Assembly (NCBI GenBank): GCA_043228905.1
Contig: JBHGNT010000003.1
Span: 26,040,001-26,104,000, forward strand
Length of the DNA: 64,000 bases
Direction of reading: 5' to 3'
Origin: Azolla caroliniana
Lineage: Eukaryota > Plantae > Polypodiophyta
Each line of letters begins with the position of its first letter. Within the stretch, counting starts at the first letter, position 1. Below, in pieces: positions 57,301 through 64,000 of the stretch. The notes below the pieces were generated by a model. The model was given only the letters and a program-made list of their open reading frames with translations, did no database searches and had not been told where the DNA came from. Both the position numbers and the translations under genes were made by a program.

Positions 57301-58652
57301 TGTTTGGAAGTTAGCAAAAATATAGAAATGCAACAGAAGTTACTTGAGCAAATCATGGTTAGTTCTTTTGTTACATATTATCCAATTTTCATTGTGATTT
57401 ATATGCCATACATGATCAATGGCTGCTAGGAACATTTTAAATTTCCAACTTGAGATGCATGTTCTTTGTGATCTCTGTGATATGCAGGTCCAGAACAATT
57501 CGTTTGTAGCTGTTTTCAATGTTGAGGACTACAAAGGTGGTTTGTTAGAGGTGCACAATTGTTTTATGTTTGCTATACATCACAACAAAATTTTCTAAAT
57601 GTTAACATTAATTACAGTGGCACGAGACCAAGTTTTCAAGCAACTTAATGCTGCTGTCTCAAAGTACTATGAGATTCGCGACAGTATCCATAATGCAGGA
57701 ATTCAGTTCTATCTCTCGCTTCAGGTTTGTATAAATGAGTTCCACCTGGAAGTGAACAATATTATTATTTCCAGGAAACTAGTACTGTTTTTATCTATTG
57801 GAATTTGCCTTCACATTCTGCTTTTGTTGCTTTACGATATTTGATACTTACCTTCACATTCATTGGTAGGATGCGATTAATGCACTGAAGCAGCAATGCA
57901 CCAATTACTCAAATACAAGAGAAACAGAAAACCGAGACATGATTGAGGGTTTGCAAAGGCAATTAGCTGGATTTTCGTTCCAAGAAAGTAGCAACGTTCA
58001 CCACTCATCAAATCTTTATCCGTCAGTTAGTAGTCAACCACAAAAGCCAACTTCAGCCCCATCACAAAATTTTCATGGCAGTAATGCATCAGCTCCATAC
58101 TCTTCTACTGCACAACATTTGGTACCACCTCCACAGCATGTACAACCTCAAAGCACAAATCTAATTGCAGGATATGAAAGAACAAATCAAGTTGGGTATC
58201 AAGGCACGACAAATCCAGTTGCAGGATATCAAAGCACAAATTCAGCAGGATATCATCAAACTGGGCCACCATCACAAGCACCTTATTATCCTCCTCCTCC
58301 AGGGTTGAATCAAGCTGCTCCACCTCCAACCTACTATTCAGCTCCTGCAGGGTTGAATCAAGCTACTCCACCCCCAAGCTATTATTCAGCTCCTGCAGGG
58401 CTGAATCAAGCTACTCCACCTCCAAACTACTATTCTGCTCCACCTACGAGCTCGAATAATTTAAACTACCGGCAACCACCACAACTGCCACTGCCACCAC
58501 AATCTCATCCGGGATGGCAAGCTTCACAAACTGCTTATTATAATGGTCCAAGTCTGCCCATGAATCCACAAGCACCTCAGCCACCGCCTCCTTCTCAACA
58601 TGCCCCTCCTGGCCATTACTACCAACCACCTCCTAATAATTACTACAGATAA
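54389..58652 (+). CDS. ALIX: ESCRT-associated BRO1/ALIX protein; exons ~54389-56005, 56152-56241, 57042-57110, 57217-57357, 57488-57536, 57618-57724, 57870-58652
   Basis: BRO1 domain (MLAIHEKKT, FTWFDAF, FEKACVVFNLGA, LMLAQAQEC, KENDRVY), V domain and Pro/Tyr-rich C-terminus; GT-AG introns in phase. Confidence 0.95.
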
Positions 58653-60367
58653 GTTCTACTTATCAGCCTTTCTAATGGTTGCAGAGAAAATGAACTCCAC
58701 TTATCAGCTATTAGAGATAAGCTCATTGCTTAATGCACCTTCCGTGTGAATACTAGAAACATGATCCATGTATCCACAACTTCACTTGGGATATCTATCA
58801 TATTTGACTCCAAAAAATGCATTCTGCTATTTGTATATTAGCTGGATAATACTCTCGTCAGTCTTAAAGGGTGTGTACTTTTTCCTGATGAATAGACATT
58901 TTACTGTTTCCTCTCTCCTAAAAGCAGGGTGTATTGCTGTTCATAGGAGCCAATAGGAATTGTATTCCTGGATCTTGACCTCAGGCAATGAGAGACGGAG
59001 AACCTGATGTGAAATAATGTTCTGTTTTGAAGATATTCCAAAATTTATATATTAGCTATACTGCATATACATATATTATTATTGCAAGCCTGCTTTTTTT
59101 ATAGATGTGTCCACGTTTTCATTTTTCTTAATCGACAGACAAGTGTTATTTGTTGCAATATCAAAAGTGGGGGCCAGTTGAGCTCCTGACCTCTGATAGC
59201 TTGCAGCTGTATTCAGATTTATGATAGCATTCTTTTCAGTGACACTCCCAATTCATTGTCATGTCATGGCTTGATGATCTATGTATATGAAATGTAGTCC
59301 TTTTTGTTTATTTGCGTTTTATTCTTGACGCCTTTCTTAAGGTGGTGATGATAAGAGGTTTCTCACTTTTCTACGAGTTAGGAGCTTTTCTCCTTGGTAG
59401 TTGCTCTTCAGGTATTGAAGTCTCAAGATTATCGATGGTCTTAACTGCACTGCTTACATGCCCTGTCTTGAATTTTATCATCATGTTTATGTCACTTCTA
59501 TAAGATTACTACTTAAATATGCATTTAATTTGAGACACCCAACCAAATTAACATTGTACTTCAGATTTTGTTATGTATGCAGATGTATGCAACACCATTA
59601 TTAGAAATCCTTTTCCTCATATGAGAATTGGAATTACTGAGCCTGTTAAGTATGTATTGCATGGTCTCGTAAATAAATGGTTTCCATCTCTAAAATATGG
59701 CTGTATGTATGCACAATTTTGGAAAAATACATGGCTTCCACCATTGAATGTAGGAAATGTGTCTTTGCTCTCGTGTTAAGACCTTTCATGTTACAACATG
59801 CAAAGGTCTTTTAAAGTTGGAAGAGAACTCAAGATTCATTTATGTAAACATTCATTCAATTGTATTATTCTTGGAGACACGACATGATCTTCCATCTCCA
59901 CAACGTAATTATGTTGGTATTTAATCCACCAAGTAGGACATGTAGTTAGGAACCAAAATCACTGATGCATATGTAGCTGTTTGATAATTTGAATTCATGA
60001 TAATTGTTGAATAAACGAGGGCTTAAAATTTTGAGAGGTTCCATCCAATTCTAGTTTGATATTCCCCAAATAGAAAGTCAAAAGAAAAGAAGAATGTTAA
60101 ATTGATATTATGCATGCAAGCCATTAGAGTCTTAGAGATCAACCCCATGCCTCTCCATGAGTTTACAATTCATGAGAGATATAGATGACAAAAACAATAC
60201 TTATAGGGAGCTACAGGAACTGAAATTGTCAATATGCAAAGTTGCTGGAAACAGACCTTGTTATTATGTAACGTAAAAATAAACAATACAAAATATATTG
60301 TGGGGAGCAATATGCTCAGCAAGAAGGAACACTCCTCACAGTTCCTTTACAGCATAATGACATACAC

Positions 60368-61902
60368 TTAAAGGAAAAGTTTTTCACATTGTTTCATTGT
60401 ATCATCTGGGCTAGTTACTGCAAAAAGCAAGAGACAAAAAACACTTCACTTAGCCTAGCCAAACATAAAGACATTGGTAAGACCATGTTTATAGAAATTT
60501 CATACCAGTGTGGCCATGTGTCTTCTCCGATGAAAATATTTCATAATCATTTCCTCCCTGGTAAAACCACAGTGGTCAAATTTCAGTGTCATGTCTTGGA
60601 AGATCAATAATAAGTCTTTACAATATTTATGATATTTATACCTTGTATGTTTTGTCACCGAAAAAATGAATCTCAGTGAAGTCATTCTCAACATATTGCA
60701 AGCAGTATGTCTTGTCCCAACCTTGAGGAAATACCTACAGTATTTCAGAGGATTAGGTCACAATTAACAGTATTTGCTCCAAGACATGTGGTAAATCACA
60801 ATGTGAAAACAGTTGCCATTATAAGGAACTTTAGACATGCCCAAACATTATTATTTATACAATTCATTGAATATATAAACAAGATGGCATCATGGTAAAG
60901 CTTGTGTTTTGCAATATTGATTGTTAATCACTCAAGCAATCAATTTGATGTTGCTTTAATTGTATAAACCCTTCATGTTTTAGTTTGAGATCATGCACAC
61001 AGCCAGTTCACTCTTAAAATTTGTTTTTACAACATTGATATAGATAATAGTTTCCACAATAGGTGTGAAATGACAGCAGTTCCCTTTATGAGACAATGCT
61101 AACAAGCAGCGCAGACTTACATCAAAACTGATTTGGCCACCAATAGAAAAAGTGAGGTTCATATGTGCAAATCTCTCTCTCAAAACATTGACCATTGTCT
61201 CGCGCACTTTTGCAACCTTTAACAAATGTAGACTTCAATCTTAGTATAGCTTTAAACATTGTATAACTTTTAAAAATCATACATCATATAAGATATTCTT
61301 GCAATAATGAATGATCAGAGTTCTGAAACTTCTGATCGTTTCTCTCGAGCAGAAGTTTACATAACACATAAACCAGAATGACAATTTACCTTGTCATACT
61401 GCTCAAACTCATCTCGTTCTTCCTGACTACAGTTGCGCCCTATCGGAGATACATTCAACATTCCGGATCTGAACTCTATGAAAGTGCCCCTGCAAAAAGA
61501 TTATCAGGTTACCAAAAATACACTTACATTATATTCATATCATACAATTTATGCCATGATGTACCTCTTGATTGGGATATCTAAGTCTGCAATATAGTGT
61601 AGTGTAAAATTAATAAACTCCTGCACATCAAGTCACTTAATTAATGAAGGCATGTGTTAGATATCTATGAATGGAAGTCAGCTAAGACAGAGTTGCAATT
61701 TACCTTCAGTTTCTCGTCTCCAAGAAATGATTTCAAACTCTGCACAGACAGACACCCTTACTATCAATGAACATTTAAAACCCCGAAGTCTTAATTAGAC
61801 TCTTACCATGAAACAGATTTATTACCGTATTTCCAATAACTTTTCCATCCTTGTGAGCAATTAAACCATTTTCCGAGAACACAAAATCGTAGTCAAAAAT
61901 AG
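60368..61902 (-). CDS. PMM: Phosphomannomutase, 3' eight exons (~61902-61826, 61739-61704, 61620-61565, 61489-61390, 61216-61121, 60734-60642, 60556-60505, 60417-60368); 5' exons not found in the window
   Basis: [106 protein letters not shown]. Confidence 0.95.
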
Positions 61903-62449
61903 CTGCATATTACAGTTGTACATTTGAAACCATTTTCAAAGAATACAATATATGCTGTAAAACAGAATAGTAAAGCTGAGAAAGAACCATAAGAGGCAAG
62001 GATATCTGATATAGTATACAAGGTGTGCAAGAGAAAGAACTATGTATCAACATCTCTTCAGAGGCCAAAATGATTTATGATACCACAGGAGAAATCGCAT
62101 CTGAATCTGTTGACTTTATCTTGGAGAACAACAAACCAGAAATAAATATGAATAAATAGAGCTCGGATGGACTGAAACATCTTCCTTCGAAAGATCTCCT
62201 AAACAAGGAAGGTACCTTCAATGTCAGGTGAGAATGGCATTGATTTATCGATAACCCGGATGATGAGGACACAGTCAAGATGGATGCAGCAGCACGTGGC
62301 CAATAAAACTGCTACTGCCTGGTCTATTGTGATTACTTCCAAATATTATAGTTGAACCCCCACTCATGTCACCCTTGATAGTCCTGTACCATGGAAGCGG
62401 GAGGGAAGGGTTATTTTGCTAAAGAAGGTTATGAGGGTTTGATCCTAAT

Positions 62450-62568
62450 GTGGGAAGTTTAATGCACTGATGTGCATCTACATCCCTGTACATTGGGAAG
62501 TTTAATGTTGGAATACTCACTCCATCTACATCCCTGTAAATTGGGAACTTTAATGCACTGATGTGCAC
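62450..62568. repeat. Three ~42-48-bp tandem units in the putative PMM intron
   Basis: tgggaa.tttaatg...catctacatccctgta repeated. Confidence 0.75.
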
Positions 62569-63289
62569 CTTATAGGATTCGTGATCCTTAACGAAGCCCT
62601 GGGAAGCATCAAACATCTCCAACAAAATCCATGGAGCAATATTTATATAGCAAGCACTGGCTCCTAGTGCAACTTCATGAAAGACAGTCACGAATAAAAT
62701 GAAAAAATATGAAACAGACTTGATGGTTACTGTAGCAGTTCATTTGGACCCAAGAAATGTATATCAATATTTCTGTAATTGGACATGGCTGTACAGGTTA
62801 AACAGATGTAGGTCAGTTGGCATAGATGTCCACTGAGACCGTCATATAATAAATTCGTGGGATTTAAACCAAGGTGCATGGAGTAAGAACTTAGAGAAAT
62901 AACTAAATATAGAGTAATAAAGAATCTAGATATTTAAGGACTTAAGATTCTCAATGTAGATAGACTACTTCTATCTTTCATAAATCTCCAACATGAGTCG
63001 CAAGCAAGAGATATAACTTTAGTGCCTGGTGATAATGCCCTTTATTTGTCAATAACAAGGTTTACAAACTTATGGTCTAATGGTCATGGCCTACATGCAT
63101 AGCCCATTGTTATTGCATGATCTATTCTAACCATATTCAAGACCCCACTTATGTAGTCCTTGATTGACTTGTAGCATGGGGGGTGATGGAGCTAAAGAAA
63201 GTCATGATTGTTCTCTATTGATGGGCTGTAGTGGTTGCATTGTTATAATAACCTCCCCCCCTTAAGTACGACCACACGACTGATAACAC

Positions 63290-63983
63290 TTTAATCTCTC
63301 ATGAGGACCGTAATAAAGTAATACGCCAAGAAATATGGCAAATTTATACTCGGTATAAATGGATCACCCCACTAGAGCCACTCCCATCTAAAATGTCATA
63401 CTATAAAGAACACTTTATGCACTTCTCTAAGTTAGGTTTTATCACGCGACCAAGATATCTAGATGTATTCTTACCACATGCACTAAGGGTTGCCATTGGT
63501 CAACTTCGAATATCATCTCACCAACTTGAGATTGAGAATGGACATACTTATGGAGTCCCTAGGGAGGAAAGGATATGTAGGTTATGCCACATAGAGATAG
63601 AGGATGAGTACCATTTTACATGCAAATGCCCCACCTATGCCGAGATAAGGGCAAAATACCAAGACATACTTAGTTCCTCTCCCACCCTCCCTAAACTACT
63701 AGATACACTAGATATAAAGAAATTAGGTAGATACATCTTAGAATTGAAACAACACAGAGAGAATAAGTTATAAAACATTGATAATAATGTTGCTAATGTT
63801 CACCAACATGTAACAAATGAAGTTTTTCAGGAACAAGGGGAGACAATGAATGTCGACACACCTACACCACTCGGGCTTTTCCTTGATGAAGCAGAAAATC
63901 AAAGAAGAACCAAACGCCCTTGGATGCCGGGTTTCAAAGCAACTCAACGAGATATAGAAGCAATAAAGAAAATAAGGGAACGT
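63290..63983 (+). mobile_element. Non-L1 LINE C-terminal fragment (RTE-X/L2-like)
   Basis: QLRISSHQLEIENG...PREERICRLCHIEIEDEYHFTCKCPTYAEIR zinc-finger tail (ORF 63393-63773); boundaries approximate. Confidence 0.75.
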
Positions 63984-64000
63984 TGTCGTGAATATTTTCG
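63984..64000 (+). mobile_element. Probable start of a third family-A LTR-like element, again at ACGT
   Basis: acgt|tgtcgtgaatattttcg resembles the reverse complement of the 7986 end (tgtcgtgaagaatttcgg); only 17 bp are visible. Confidence 0.5.

Overview
AT-rich, CpG-depleted land-plant nuclear DNA, most likely from a fern (inferred from the decayed PLS-type PPR genes, the LINE types and GT-AG introns; not proven). It has two halves. Positions ~1-30,500 are a block of decayed nested transposons: an L1-type LINE split by a Copia element and two solo-LTR-like inserts, a full-length decayed Copia inside a PPR pseudogene, a 5'-truncated LINE with a 16-bp TSD, MITE-like and tRNA-like repeats. Positions ~31,000-64,000 are a gene island: CAMTA (+), an LBD15-like LOB gene (-), a DCD-domain gene (-), ALIX/BRO1 (+) and the 3' part of phosphomannomutase (-). 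The most unusual signal is a set of LTR-like inserts from two sequence families (three complete, plus a 17-bp terminus at the window edge) with TGTCG...CGACA-type ends. All sit at an ACG(T/A) site, duplicated as a 4-bp TSD in the three complete ones, unlike the 5-bp TSDs of the neighbouring Copia elements. A pair of convergent tRNA-like modules also follows both copies of one LINE tail. All exon boundaries and alignments were read by eye.
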